Shown here in pieces: positions 30,716 to 41,401 of a stretch of 64,000 nt of DNA (positions are counted from its first letter, which is position 1; each line of letters opens with the position of its first letter). The translations under genes were made by a program, and so were the position numbers. The notes under the pieces are model-generated. The model saw only the letters and a list, made by a program, of their open reading frames with translations. It did no database searches and was not told the DNA's origin. This DNA is from an uncultured Actinomycetes bacterium (GTDB lineage Bacteria; Actinomycetota; Thermoleophilia; UBA2241): positions 320,001-384,000 of the forward strand of contig CAVRZA010000006.1 of NCBI GenBank assembly GCA_963725665.1, written 5' to 3'.

Positions 30716-31885
30716 TCAGGCGCTCTTCACCTTCGCCCACGCCTGCACGTAGTACGTTTCGAACTCGCCCAGGTCCATGGCGATCTCGCCCTGAGCCCAC
30801 TGCGCGTCGGTCGGTCGCAACGAACGCACGATCGGGTCGTCAATCAAGGCAAATGCCTGCTCGTTGGGCGTCTGGTAGCCGATCCAGGTGCTGTTCTGGG
30901 CCGAGTTCTCGGCTTTGGTCAGGAACTCGATGAAGAGGTGCGCCCCGTAGGGGCTGGCCGCGCTCTTGGGTATGGCCAGGTTGTCGACCCAGAAGTAGGC
31001 GCCCTCGCTGGGCAGCACGTAGTCGAGCTTCTTGGCCCCGATGTCGCGCTTGGCGATGGCGGCGTCGCCGTCGTAGCAGTTCACAAGCGGGACGCCCGAC
31101 GCCATGGTACGCGGCAGGCCCGAGGCCTCGTACTTGAGCACCAGCGGCTTCTGCTCGATCAGCTTCGCCGTCGCCTCGTCGACCTGCTTCGGGTCGGTGG
31201 TGTTGAGCGAGTAGCCGAGGTACAGGAGGGTCTGCCCGATGCAGGTCCGCTCGGCGTTCAGCATCGTGATCTTGCCCTTGTTCGCCGGGTCCCACATGGT
31301 GTCCCAACTCGTGACCGGCGTGCTGATGACGTCGGTGCGCACGCCGATGCCGGCGGTGCCGTACATGTAGGGCACCGAGTACTTGAGACCGTCCTGCTGG
31401 GAGGGGTCGTCGAAGACCGGCTTCTGCAGCGGGGTGAGGATCTGCGAGAAGCTCGGGATGTGCTCCATGTGGAGCGGTTGCAGCATGTCCGACTTGCGGA
31501 AGATCGAGACGAGGTAGCCGCCCGGACAGATGAGGTCGTAGCCTCCCTGCCCCGCCTTGAGCTTGCCGAACAGGTCGTCGTTCGAGTCGAAGAACGAGTC
31601 GACGACCGTGATGCCCGTCTCCTGCTTGAACTTCTTCTTGAGGGCGGGATCGATGTAGTCGGCCCAGTTGAAGAAATAGATCTTGTCGGGCGTCGTCGTG
31701 TCCAAGGCGGCCGGCGAAGCCGACGCCGACGCGGTGGTCGTGGTGCCGCTCGTGCTACCGCATGCGGCCAGCACGGTGCCGATCACCGACGCCGAGAGCC
31801 CCAGCGCCAGTGCCCGCTCCATGAACTGGCGCCGGCTCAGGCGCCCGTCTCGCAGCTCCGCGACGAGCCCTTCGAGGTCGTTCAT
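30716..31885 (-). CDS. PotD-like spermidine/putrescine-binding protein with Tat-lipoprotein signal
   Basis: SRRQFM twin-arginine, LAAC, FNWADYID, FDSND, SVPY.YGT, WVDNLAIP. Confidence 0.88.
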   Translation of the reverse strand: MNDLEGLVAELRDGRLSRRQFMERALALGLSASVIGTVLAACGSTSGTTTTASASASPAALDTTTPDKIYFFNWADYIDPALKKKFKQETGITVVDSFFDSNDDLFGKLKAGQGGYDLICPGGYLVSIFRKSDMLQPLHMEHIPSFSQILTPLQKPVFDDPSQQDGLKYSVPYMYGTAGIGVRTDVISTPVTSWDTMWDPANKGKITMLNAERTCIGQTLLYLGYSLNTTDPKQVDEATAKLIEQKPLVLKYEASGLPRTMASGVPLVNCYDGDAAIAKRDIGAKKLDYVLPSEGAYFWVDNLAIPKSAASPYGAHLFIEFLTKAENSAQNSTWIGYQTPNEQAFALIDDPIVRSLRPTDAQWAQGEIAMDLGEFETYYVQAWAKVKSA

Positions 31886-32021
31886 CGTGGCCCCTTTCTT
31901 CCCCCAGTGTGATCTGCCGGCAGGACTCGGTCCCAGCCGGCCCGGTCTCGGGTCCTTCGGGGCAGCCTCCGTCGACGGTCACCCCTCGCCCCGTCATCGC
32001 CGTGATGAGCTCCTCCTGTGC

Positions 32022-32303
32022 TCACCTCCCCTGTGCGCTCTCGGCCGCCTCTCTCCCCGCGGCGGCCGCGGTCACGAACTCCTCGAGCGAGCGCTCGAGG
32101 AAGAAGCCGACGACTCGCATGGCCTTGGCCAGATCGAAGCTCCGCGGGCGGACTGCCGCCTGCACGGCGAGCCCGTCGACGACGGGCACCAGGCGAGGGC
32201 GACGAACTCCTCCCGGTTCTCGGGGGTCACGCGGTCGGCGAGCCCAAGCCACTCGAGGTTCATCTGATAGTACCAGTCGTAGAGCCGACCCGCCCGCTTC
32301 TGC
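32022..32303 (-). pseudogene. C-terminal remnant of a TetR-family regulator (paralog of 44443..45084)
   Basis: RLYDWYYQMNLEWLG...[frameshift]..VVDGLAVQAAVRPRSFDLAKA versus VYDWYRRLD..AVDGFALQACLDPEGFDLDKA. Confidence 0.65.
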
Positions 32304-32306
32304 AGA

Positions 32307-33531
32307 TCACACCCAGCGCATCGTGCGTCGGGCGAATCTCAAGCCGCGGCGCTTGAGCTCCTCGATGTACGCCAGGCGCACCTCGCGCGGCAGCCCCTCG
32401 GGCGGGAGGACGCCCCGGGAGGCGATCGTGCCGTCGAGAATGAAGTCGGCGTACACCGCGGCCGGCACGGAAGTGCCGTACGAGATCCTTGTAGCGCCCG
32501 GCACCCACTGAGTGAGCTCCTGGATGTTCGGTGGGTAGACGAAGAACGTGTCGGTGGCGGGCCCTTGGGCATCGGCATGAAGGTCGACGATGTACACGCC
32601 CTCGTCGACGATCTCGCCCTCGCTCGCCATGCCGGCGATCTCTTCGGGCGCCGGGCTCGGTGGCAGGTTGCTGACGAGCACGTCGATAGGACGCACCGTC
32701 ATGCCCTTCACCCGCCGCGGCTCGGGGCTCGCCATGCCGGATCCTATGACCGCCTGCAGCGTGTCGAGGCCGGCGTCGCTGCCGCCCATCTTGAAGTCGA
32801 CGCAGCGCAACCCTTTGTCCCCCAGCTTCGGCAACCAGCGCGGCAGCGTCGAGACCTCCTCGTGCTCGTGGTGCGTCACCGGTCGCCTGCCGTACGGGGC
32901 CGGGAAGTCGTAGTACTCACGTCCCCCGAAGGGCTCGGCGCGGTCGAAGGCGCCGCCCTCGAAGTAGAGCGGCGGTGTCTGGCAGTCGATGTACCAGGTC
33001 TCCTGCGACCAGACCTGGATGGGCTTGGCCGAGCTGAAGTTCGAGGTCGCGCGCACGTGGATCGCCTCGCAGCGCTCCGCCTCCTCGTAGAGGATGGCCG
33101 CCAGCGTGTTGGTGACGCCGGGGGTCATGCCGGTGGTGATCAGCGCCGTGCGACCCGCGCTCCTTGAAGCGCTCGTCGAGCGCCATCTGCGCTTCATAGC
33201 CGTCGTCGACGGTGCCCCCCGGCGTGCGTGTCGCCATGTCGATGTAGTGCGCGCCCACGGCCAACGCTCCGTGCATCACGGGGACGACCCACTCGGGGAG
33301 CACGGCGTTCACAATGATGTCGGCGCCGACGGCGAAGCGCGCGACGGCGTCGGGGTCGCTGGCGTCGACCTTCGCCGCCGTCGTCTTGCCGGCGCCCCAC
33401 CGAGCCGACACCTCCCTGGCGCGTTGCTCGTCGTAGTCGCCGAGCACGACCTCGCTCACGTCATCGCGCCGCGCGAAGTGCCACATGAGCACGTAGCCCT
33501 GCGCGCCTGCTCCGAGGATGGCAACCTTCAT
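32307..33531 (-). CDS. Saccharopine dehydrogenase/carboxy(nor)spermidine dehydrogenase family protein; +1 frameshift near 33155
   Basis: MKVAILGAGAQG Rossmann fold and HYIDMA, then other frame GRTALITTGMTPGVTN, HEHEE; removing one base restores a single ORF. Confidence 0.8.
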
Positions 33532-33639
33532 CGTCCCTCCCATGCTCGTGCTCGTGATTCTCGGCCGTCGCCGGCCAGTGACGACGGGCCACACGGCAGT
33601 CCAACGTCCCGCCGGACGCGATTCTGGGTACGCGCTCCG

Positions 33640-35337
33640 CTACCTACCGTCGGGCTCCTCGCCGATGTCCACGCCGTAGTCCCTCAGCGCCCCCGCCGCC
33701 GTCACGTAGCCGTCGCGCACGTCTCTGGCGAGGGCAGCTCGATCGCGAGTCCCAGGAGGGCCCCAGCCTCCCCCTCCCGACGAGCGCAAGACGAGGACGT
33801 CACCCTGCACGACCTCGTAGTCCACTTCTTTGCCGCGCATGTGCCGCTCGCCGGGACGGCCGGGATTGAGGAACACCGCCGCCGGCCGTCCCCGCGATCC
33901 TCCCTCGAGACCCCAGGGGCGCGTCTTCTCGAGGGTCTGGTCGGCGTAGTGTCCACCCATGAGCGCATCGGGGGCGAGCAGCTCGTAGCGGCGCTCGATG
34001 GCAAGCCCCCCGCGGTACGTGCCGGCGCCACCAGAGTCGGTTACGAGCTCCGTGCTGAGCACCCGCAAGGGGAACTCGACCTCCATTGCCTCCGCCGACA
34101 TCATCGCGCAGTTGCCCATGTGTGTGTCGACGCCCGAGATGCCGTCCCCGGACCGATGCGCGCCCATGCCGCCGCCCACGATGTCGGCGCACAGGTATCG
34201 CTCGCCGGTCCGGTGGTCGATGCCGCCGAGGTTGAACGTCGGGAAGGCAATCGAGGTGCCGGCAGCCGCCCTGGTCGGCTTGGCTCCCCGCAGCGCCAGT
34301 ATCACCAGATCGGCCACCTTCTGTGCGGTGAGGTGGCGCACACTCACGGCCGCCGGCGACAGGGGGTTCAGCAGCGAGCCCTCCGGTACCGAGGTGGTGA
34401 TGGCACGGTAGAACCCCTCGTTCTGGGGGATCTCGGGATCGATGTAGCAGCGGATCGCGTACCACACGGCGGCTACCGTCGATGCGAGTGGGCAGTTGAG
34501 GCTGCCCTTGACCTGCCCTTCAGTTCCGGCGAAGTCGGCGTGGAACCGGTCGTCGGTGACGGTGACCTTCACCCGCAGCCGCAGCGGCTCGGTCCCGTAG
34601 AAGTCAGGGTCCATGAACCCCTCGGCCTCGTAGACGCCAGGACGCATGCCGCCGATCTCCTGGACCACGCGCCGCTCGGTGTAGTCCCAGAGCGCCTCCA
34701 CGTAGGCGCCCATCTCCTCCGCCCCGTACCGCGTGCACAGGTCCGCCCAGCGTCGCTCGGCCGTGCGGCAGGCGGCGATCTGCGCGCGCACGTCGCCGAG
34801 CGTCTCCTTGGGGATGCGGACGTTGGCCGCCATGATGTCGAGGACGGCCTCGTTCGGCACTCCGGCCTCGTAGAGCTTCACGATCGGGAGGATCAGCCCT
34901 TCCTGGTAGATCTCCTTGTTGTCGGCGGCCTCCGTCGCCACCGACTTGCCGCCGACGTCCATGTGGTGTGCGTTCGTTCCGGCGAACGCCATGAGGCGCC
35001 CACCGACGAAGACCGGCGTCACGATGATGAGGTCGAGCGTGTGCGTAGCACCGAGATAAGGGTGGTTCATGATGAAGATGTCGCCCGGCGCGATCGACTC
35101 AGGAGGGAACTTGCGCAGCATCCACACGATCGCCGACGACATGACACCGAGCTGGGCGGGCAGGTTCTCGTCCTGACTTATCAACTCACCTCGCGCACCG
35201 AACAGGGCGCACGAGAAGTCGAGCATGTCGTAGATGATGGCGGAGTAGGCACTCCGGCGCAGGGCCTTGCTCATCTCCTTGGCCACTGAGATCAGGGCGC
35301 TCGCCACGACCTCGCGCGTGATCGCGTCCTCGCTCAC
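33640..35337 (-). CDS. Hydantoinase B/oxoprolinase family protein
   Basis: DFSCALF, NHPYLGATHTLD, HHMDVGG, EIYQEG, DSGGAG.YRGG, GGGGWG. Confidence 0.92.
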   Translation of the reverse strand: MSEDAITREVVASALISVAKEMSKALRRSAYSAIIYDMLDFSCALFGARGELISQDENLPAQLGVMSSAIVWMLRKFPPESIAPGDIFIMNHPYLGATHTLDLIIVTPVFVGGRLMAFAGTNAHHMDVGGKSVATEAADNKEIYQEGLILPIVKLYEAGVPNEAVLDIMAANVRIPKETLGDVRAQIAACRTAERRWADLCTRYGAEEMGAYVEALWDYTERRVVQEIGGMRPGVYEAEGFMDPDFYGTEPLRLRVKVTVTDDRFHADFAGTEGQVKGSLNCPLASTVAAVWYAIRCYIDPEIPQNEGFYRAITTSVPEGSLLNPLSPAAVSVRHLTAQKVADLVILALRGAKPTRAAAGTSIAFPTFNLGGIDHRTGERYLCADIVGGGMGAHRSGDGISGVDTHMGNCAMMSAEAMEVEFPLRVLSTELVTDSGGAGTYRGGLAIERRYELLAPDALMGGHYADQTLEKTRPWGLEGGSRGRPAAVFLNPGRPGERHMRGKEVDYEVVQGDVLVLRSSGGGGWGPPGTRDRAALARDVRDGYVTAAGALRDYGVDIGEEPDGR

Positions 35338-35374
35338 CCGTCCGCGCACGACGCGCGCGTGCGTGTCGGCTCCG

Positions 35375-37420
35375 CTACTCACTCTGGACCTCCACGATGA
35401 GGTTGCCGCTCTCGTCGGCGTGGGCAACGTCGCCGGGCGGGATCCAGGTCGTTGTGTCGAGCTGCTCGACGACGACAGGACCCTCATAGCGGCGGTCCCG
35501 TTCCAGCGCACCTCGGTCGAGGACGCAGGCGGTCATGTAGCCGCTCCCCTTCACATACACGGGACGCTCGTGCCGTGCGGTCTGCCGGCCGGTCACCTGC
35601 TCGCGCCACACGCCGCGGGGCACCTCGCCGACGCCCTCGACACGCAGGTTCACGAACTGGGTCGGCTCGTCGTCGGCATGATGTCCGAATACGCGCTCGT
35701 GATGCACATGGAATGAGGCGATCAGCCGTTGCAGAGCGTCTTCGTCGCCGGCGAGATCCTCCTCGCACGGGATCGTCAGCTCATACGCCTGCCCGCAGTA
35801 GCGCATGTCGGCGAAGCGCCAGAACGAGAGCTTGTTCTCCGCGATGCCGTCGAGCTGCAGCTTCCGTCGCGCCTCCTCCCGCAGGGCCGCGAAGATGGCC
35901 TCGACTCGCACCAGATCCGCGTCTTCGGTGGGCACTATGTATGGTGCAAGCATGGGGTGGTGGATGTCGGTCATGAGGAGACCGACGGCCGACGTGATAC
36001 CGGGGTGTGGCGGTATGACGACCCGCCGGATGCTGGTCTCGCGAGCGACCGCGCAGGCGTGCATCGGTCCGGCACCGCCGAACGCGATGAGCGTGAAGTC
36101 ACGAGGATCGAGACCCTTCTCGACCGTGGTCACTCGGATCGCGCCGCGCATGTTACTGTTAGCGATCTCGATCATGCCCGCGGCAGCCTCTTCAATCGAG
36201 AGGCCGAGGGGTTCGGCGACCGCTCGACGCACCGCGTCGCGAGCGGCCGCGGCATCGAGGCGCAGATCACGCCCCAGTACGGTCGACTCCGCGAGAACAC
36301 CGACGACGAGGTTGGCGTCGGAGACGGTGGCCTGAGTCCCACCCCTGCCGTAGCAGGCAGGGCCCGGGTCGGCGCCGGCACTCGCGGGACCCACCTTCAG
36401 ACCACCCGCTTGGTCGACGTTGGCGATGCTGCCGCCGCCAGCGCCGATCGTCTCGATATCGACCATGGGGGTGCGCAGCGGGTAACCGCCCAGATCCTTC
36501 ATGTGGGTGCGTCCCGCTTCCCCACCAACGATCGTGGCGACGTCGCAGCTGGTACCACCCATATCGAAGGTGACAAGGTTGCCGTAGCCTGCTGCATCGC
36601 CGAAGAAGCTGCCGCCGACGACACCGCCGACCGGGCCCGACAGGATGGTGTTCACGGGACGTTCCTTCGTCGTGGACGCTGTCATCAGCCCGCCCGACGA
36701 CTGCATCACATGCAGCCCCGCCGCGACTTTCTGTCCTTTGAGGCGCTTCTCCAGCCGATCGATATAGCCGAACACAGGCGGCATGACGTAGGCGTTCACG
36801 GCCGTGGTGCTCATGCGCCAGTACTCGCGATACTCGGGGCTCACTGCGGAGGAGACCGACACCATCACCCTCGGCATGATTGCGGCCGCGAGGGCGGCGA
36901 GACGTTCCTCGTGCGCCGTGTTCATGAAAGAGAACAGGAGACAGATCGCCAGCGACTCGATGCCGTCGTCGCGGAGCTCCTCGAGCGTTGCCCGGGCAGC
37001 GCCTTCGTCGAGCGCGCGCACCACTGAGCCGTCCCAGGCGACGCGCTCGGGCACCTCCCGGCGCAAGCGGCGGGGGACGAGCGGCGGCGCTTTGGACTGC
37101 GTGAGGCTATAGAGCAGCGGCCTTTGCTGCGTTCCGATCTCGAGTACGTCGCGGCAGCCCTCGGTCGTGAGTAGTGCTACCTTGGCTCCTTTGTGCTCGA
37201 GCAGCGCGTTGGTCGCGACTGTCGTCCCGTGCACCAGAAAGCCGATGGACCCGGTTGGCAGCCCGGCCGCCGCGCAAACGCGTAGGACGCCGTCGACGAA
37301 GGCCACCGACTGGTCGTCCGGCGTCGACGGCGTCTTCTCGATCCAGACCTCGCCGGTCTCAGCGTTCAGGAGGCAGAGGTCGGTGAAGGTCCCCCCGACA
37401 TCGACGCCCAGCTTCCACAT
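35375..37420 (-). CDS. Hydantoinase A/oxoprolinase family protein
   Basis: GVDVGGTFTD, HGTTVATN, SGPVGG, DMGGTS, GAGGGS, GPACYG, AFGGAG. Confidence 0.93.
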   Translation of the reverse strand: MWKLGVDVGGTFTDLCLLNAETGEVWIEKTPSTPDDQSVAFVDGVLRVCAAAGLPTGSIGFLVHGTTVATNALLEHKGAKVALLTTEGCRDVLEIGTQQRPLLYSLTQSKAPPLVPRRLRREVPERVAWDGSVVRALDEGAARATLEELRDDGIESLAICLLFSFMNTAHEERLAALAAAIMPRVMVSVSSAVSPEYREYWRMSTTAVNAYVMPPVFGYIDRLEKRLKGQKVAAGLHVMQSSGGLMTASTTKERPVNTILSGPVGGVVGGSFFGDAAGYGNLVTFDMGGTSCDVATIVGGEAGRTHMKDLGGYPLRTPMVDIETIGAGGGSIANVDQAGGLKVGPASAGADPGPACYGRGGTQATVSDANLVVGVLAESTVLGRDLRLDAAAARDAVRRAVAEPLGLSIEEAAAGMIEIANSNMRGAIRVTTVEKGLDPRDFTLIAFGGAGPMHACAVARETSIRRVVIPPHPGITSAVGLLMTDIHHPMLAPYIVPTEDADLVRVEAIFAALREEARRKLQLDGIAENKLSFWRFADMRYCGQAYELTIPCEEDLAGDEDALQRLIASFHVHHERVFGHHADDEPTQFVNLRVEGVGEVPRGVWREQVTGRQTARHERPVYVKGSGYMTACVLDRGALERDRRYEGPVVVEQLDTTTWIPPGDVAHADESGNLIVEVQSE

Positions 37421-38583
37421 CAGCTGGCCCTTCCTCCCCGTTCGCTCGAAACGTCAGGCTGAGACGTGAGGAAGGCTGAATAGTCGATCGGCCGGTATCC
37501 CGTCGTGCACGGGTTACCATCGGCGAGCCAGATGCGGCGTCGGTGGAGGTCGAAGACGGCGGAGGCGATCGTGGCCTCCCACTCCACCGGATCGTGGTCC
37601 TCCTGCACGTGCGTGCAGACTCCCAGCGGGTGTCCATCGTGCAGCGAGAGGGCCTCCTGGAGCGTCTCGGGACGCACCGTTCCCAGGCGCGGTTTGAGGA
37701 ACTCGCACACGGATTGCAGGCGAAACACGCCGTCGGGCATGAGCCAGCGGCCTACGTCGATGGCGTCGAAGCGCGCCGAGAGGAAATGGTTGGTGTGTGC
37801 GATCAGCCCGTCCTGGGGTCCGTCGACAAGCAGGCGGGAGAAGTCACCCGGCATGCCCTCTGCGTCTACCGCGAGCCCATCCTCGTGAGCCAGGATGTAG
37901 TTGGCCGAGGAGGACCTCGACGCGACCTGCAGGCGACTCAGGGCGTCAGTGATGCTCGTGGCGTCGTGGAGCGACCTCAGGACGACATGATACGGGATCC
38001 CAGGCTCGCCCTTGTCGCCGTCACATACGAGGGCGTTGGTGAGAATGCCGAGGCCCGCCGAGTTGAGGCCGAACTTCGCAAGGAGACCGGCCTCGACGAT
38101 GGTGACGAAGCGGGGCCCGTCATCCTGATCGACCTCCAGAACCACGACCGTCTCGCGTGTGTGAGCGAGCCAGTCCCAGTTCTGGGCGATGAGGATGCGT
38201 CCCTGCGCCGTCGCCGAGGGCAGCACGGCGAGCGTCGTGCACTCGGGCGGCGAGCGCCGCAGCTCGCGCGCTGCGCGCGCCTTGGCCGCGAACATCACCT
38301 CCGTGCGCAGGTTGAGGGCCAGGATGTCCTCGAACTCGAGCCCGGCGCCCCGGGCTATGCCTCTCATCTCGTCGAGGTAGCGCTCGTCGAGGGCAGCGAT
38401 GCTGGCGACGTAGCCGCTGGCCAGTCGGCGGGCCGATGCCCACTCGAGCCCGGCCCAGCGTTCGAACACGCCGTGGTAGGCCTCAATGGAGCGCCGCACG
38501 CGCGCCGCGGCCTGCGTGCCGTACTGCAGGCCGCGCTCGTGCGGCGCTCCCGTGACGCGCACGCGCGGGTAGTGCTCGGCCAA
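37420..38583 (-). CDS. C45 family autoproteolytic acyltransferase/hydrolase (Ntn fold)
   Basis: RGLQYG, ECT (nucleophile Cys), AQNWDW, GLNSAG, HTNHF. Confidence 0.87.
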   Translation of the reverse strand: MAEHYPRVRVTGAPHERGLQYGTQAAARVRRSIEAYHGVFERWAGLEWASARRLASGYVASIAALDERYLDEMRGIARGAGLEFEDILALNLRTEVMFAAKARAARELRRSPPECTTLAVLPSATAQGRILIAQNWDWLAHTRETVVVLEVDQDDGPRFVTIVEAGLLAKFGLNSAGLGILTNALVCDGDKGEPGIPYHVVLRSLHDATSITDALSRLQVASRSSSANYILAHEDGLAVDAEGMPGDFSRLLVDGPQDGLIAHTNHFLSARFDAIDVGRWLMPDGVFRLQSVCEFLKPRLGTVRPETLQEALSLHDGHPLGVCTHVQEDHDPVEWEATIASAVFDLHRRRIWLADGNPCTTGYRPIDYSAFLTSQPDVSSERGGRAS

Positions 38584-38586
38584 CCC

Positions 38587-39384
38587 TCAGCCCTCGGCGG
38601 CGAGCATTCGGCGCGCGCGCGACGCGACGTCGCGCGCGCGCGCCACATCGACGCCCGGCGTGCCCAACACGAAGTCGATGAAGTCATCGAGCATGCGCAA
38701 GCGGCCGGGACGTCCGATGATCTGCGGGTGCATCGTGAGAACGGTCAGCCCGCCGAGTTCGTGGATACCGAGGAACTCCTGCTCCCAGATCTCGCGCACC
38801 TCAGACGGAGTCGAGATCTTCTTGGTCCAGCTGGCCACATCGTCGAACCAGAACTGGGGCGCGTCGTCGAGGATCCACTGCACAGGCAGCTCGATGATGT
38901 CAGCGGACGGGTGTCGGTAAGGCCGGATGTCGTCCATCATGTTCGACGAGTAGGTGAGGCCCGCCGCCGCGAGAAGCGACAGAGTGTTCTCGCTGAAGTC
39001 CCAGGAGGGCGAGCGGTAGCCCTCGGGCTCTGCCCCTAGGTCGCGCAACACAGCGAGCGCTCTGCCCAGCTCTGCTTCCTCCTCCTCGCGCGACAGATCG
39101 GTCGGCGAGCGATGGGTGTAGCCGTGCACGCCCACCTCGTGGCCCTCCTCGAGGACGCGACGCACCTGATCCGGGTAACGTTCGGCCACCCGGCCGGGGA
39201 CGAAGAACGTCGCCGGGAGTCCCTTCTCGTTCAGTAGGGAGAGGATCAGCTCCAGACCCACCTTGGCGCCGTAGGTGCCCTGCGACAGGACGCCGGGACG
39301 CGACGCGTTATCGGGGTTCTCGCCGATCCAGACCTCCTCGGCGTCGAAGTCGAACGAGAAGACAAATGTCGACTCACTCGTCAC
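38587..39384 (-). CDS. Polysaccharide deacetylase family (PuuE-like) amidohydrolase
   Basis: FDFDAE, ATFFVPG, HEVGVHGYTH, GYRSP, YSSN, LTMHP. Confidence 0.87.
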   Translation of the reverse strand: MTSESTFVFSFDFDAEEVWIGENPDNASRPGVLSQGTYGAKVGLELILSLLNEKGLPATFFVPGRVAERYPDQVRRVLEEGHEVGVHGYTHRSPTDLSREEEEAELGRALAVLRDLGAEPEGYRSPSWDFSENTLSLLAAAGLTYSSNMMDDIRPYRHPSADIIELPVQWILDDAPQFWFDDVASWTKKISTPSEVREIWEQEFLGIHELGGLTVLTMHPQIIGRPGRLRMLDDFIDFVLGTPGVDVARARDVASRARRMLAAEG

Positions 39385-40510
39385 GACTGCCCCCCTCCTC
39401 GTCTGCCGCCGCGACCGTAGAGCCTTCGCCCTGGACAGCCGGATCCTCGGCGACGGCCGCGGCTGCGGCCCGCTCCGGTTCGTTCATCCACACCCGGAGA
39501 CCTTCGCTCAGCCTGCCGACCAGCTTCACGAGCCCGGTCGGCTGCGACACAAGGATCGCCAGCAGGACCACGCCCAGAATCAGCAGCCGCCACTGGCCGG
39601 TGCCACGCAGGAACTCGGTGAGGATCATGACGAAGAAGGTCCCGACAATGGGACCACTGACGGTGCCCATACCGCCCACGAGAATCATCAGCACCAGCAG
39701 CGACAGCGGCGTAAGGCCCATCACGCTAGGTGAAATCGTCGTGTAGTGGAACGCGTAGAGAGCGCCGGCGATCCCCGACAAGAACGCGGACAGCGTCGTG
39801 GCCGCCACGTAGTAGACGCGCATGCTGATGCCCAGGCTGAGAGCGTAGCGGCTCGAATCACGCAGGCCCTGGAAGGCGACACCGTAGGGCGAGTTCATGA
39901 TCCTCTGGATGATGAGCGCCGTCAGGAAGCAGACGATGAGCGCAAGCCAGTAGAAGGCGCGCTGCTCTGTCTGCACCGACAGGCTGTCGAACGGCCCCGT
40001 TATGTTGGTCAGACCGAAGACGCCTCCCGTCAAGCCGGAGCTGTCGTTGATAATCGTGAGCCTGACGACCTCAGCAAAGGAGAAGGTCAGCAGCGCGACG
40101 TAGATGCCCCGCAGGCGCATTGACGGGATGCAGAGTCCGACGTTCGCCAGCGAGGCCAGGAGTGCTCCGATCAGCATCGCGATCCAAGGGGAGACGCCGA
40201 GCCGTGCTTCGCTGATGCCTGCGCCGTAGCCTCCGATGGCGAACAGCGCCAGCTGGCCGAAGTTCCATGCCCCCGTCATGCCCAGGGTGAGGTTCCAGGC
40301 CTGGTTCAGGATCGAGTAGATGAGGATCAGGATGAGCAGGTCGATGACGTATGAGCTCGACGTGACCAAGGGGATGCCGGCGATGAGCAGGACGGCCACG
40401 ACGATGGGGACGATCGGTGCGCGGTGCCAACCGAGCAGCTGCCCGGTGCGAGCTCGACCGAGGAGGGCCCCCGCCTTCCTCTCCACCCCCGCCGGCGCCG
40501 CAGCGCTCAC
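39374..40510 (-). CDS. Branched-chain amino acid ABC permease (LivM-like)
   Basis: WNLTLG..G..NFGQ, LRGIYVALLT, GGMGTVSGP. Confidence 0.9.
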   Translation of the reverse strand: MSAAAPAGVERKAGALLGRARTGQLLGWHRAPIVPIVVAVLLIAGIPLVTSSSYVIDLLILILIYSILNQAWNLTLGMTGAWNFGQLALFAIGGYGAGISEARLGVSPWIAMLIGALLASLANVGLCIPSMRLRGIYVALLTFSFAEVVRLTIINDSSGLTGGVFGLTNITGPFDSLSVQTEQRAFYWLALIVCFLTALIIQRIMNSPYGVAFQGLRDSSRYALSLGISMRVYYVAATTLSAFLSGIAGALYAFHYTTISPSVMGLTPLSLLVLMILVGGMGTVSGPIVGTFFVMILTEFLRGTGQWRLLILGVVLLAILVSQPTGLVKLVGRLSEGLRVWMNEPERAAAAAVAEDPAVQGEGSTVAAADEEGGSRDE

Positions 40511-41391
40511 AACCGCTCCTCCTGCGGCAGGCCGAACAGACCGTTCGGCCGGATGATGAGCACGACGATGATGATGATGAACATGATCGTGAGCGACCAG
40601 CCGGTCCCGATGTAAGTGGACGAGATCGACTCGACGAGCCCCATAAGGAACGCTGCGTAGATGGTCCCGCGAATGCTTCCCAGTCCCGCCAGGATGGCGA
40701 CGATGAGGCCCTTAAGCAGGGGCAGATCACCGGAGACCGGATTGATGAAGTAGAGCGGCGCGAGCAGAACGCCGGCGATGCCGGCGAGGCTGCCCGCGAG
40801 CGCCATCGTGAGCATGTAGACGCGCGTCGTCTGGACTCCGGCCAGTCGCGCGGCGTCGAGCTCCTGGGCGACCGCTCTCACAGACAGTCCGTGGCGAGTG
40901 TTGTTCAGGAACCAGCTCAGGGCGCCCAGGCTCACGAAGGCGATCAGAAGGATCATGACCGATTGCCAGGTGAGGGTGACCCCGCCGGCGGCTATGCCGC
41001 CACTCACCAGCGGTGGGATGCCCTTCGACTGGGGACCGAAGATGAGGAGAGCGGCCGCCGAGAGGATGATGGTGACGGCCAAGGTCGAGATGTACGCCGT
41101 CATCTCGAAGTCGATGTCCTTGCGTCCTACGAGGGGGCGCACCGAGGTGATCTCGGTGGCCACCCCGAAGGCGCCGGCGACGATGATCGCGAAGAGGAGA
41201 CCGATCCAGGGGCTCCACCCGAACTGATTGAACAGCACGAAGGCGACGTACCCGCCGACCATGACGTAGGACCCCTGTGCCATGTTGAGCGTGCGCAGCG
41301 ATCCGTACACCAGCGTCAGGCCTACCGTCATGATGGCGTAGATGGCCCCGATGACGACCCCGCTGATCAGGGCTTGAAGCAGGACTGCCAC
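40507..41391 (-). CDS. Branched-chain amino acid ABC permease (LivH-like)
   Basis: GAIYA..GLTLVYG..NMAQG, GLGSI.G, RPNGLFG. Confidence 0.9.
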   Translation of the reverse strand: MAVLLQALISGVVIGAIYAIMTVGLTLVYGSLRTLNMAQGSYVMVGGYVAFVLFNQFGWSPWIGLLFAIIVAGAFGVATEITSVRPLVGRKDIDFEMTAYISTLAVTIILSAAALLIFGPQSKGIPPLVSGGIAAGGVTLTWQSVMILLIAFVSLGALSWFLNNTRHGLSVRAVAQELDAARLAGVQTTRVYMLTMALAGSLAGIAGVLLAPLYFINPVSGDLPLLKGLIVAILAGLGSIRGTIYAAFLMGLVESISSTYIGTGWSLTIMFIIIIVVLIIRPNGLFGLPQEERL

Positions 41392-41401
41392 CGGCGACCT
41401 C

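Noticed and set aside
33094-35289. Long plus-strand ORFs (731 aa here; also 30551..31912, 37543..39039, 43444..44440, 59635..60975)
   Set aside because: Antisense shadows of well-supported minus-strand genes, typical of high-GC3 DNA.
35337-35377. Amber-mediated fusion of hydantoinase A and B (also gatA-gatB and AOR-ferredoxin)
   Set aside because: The downstream genes are in different frames from the TAG.
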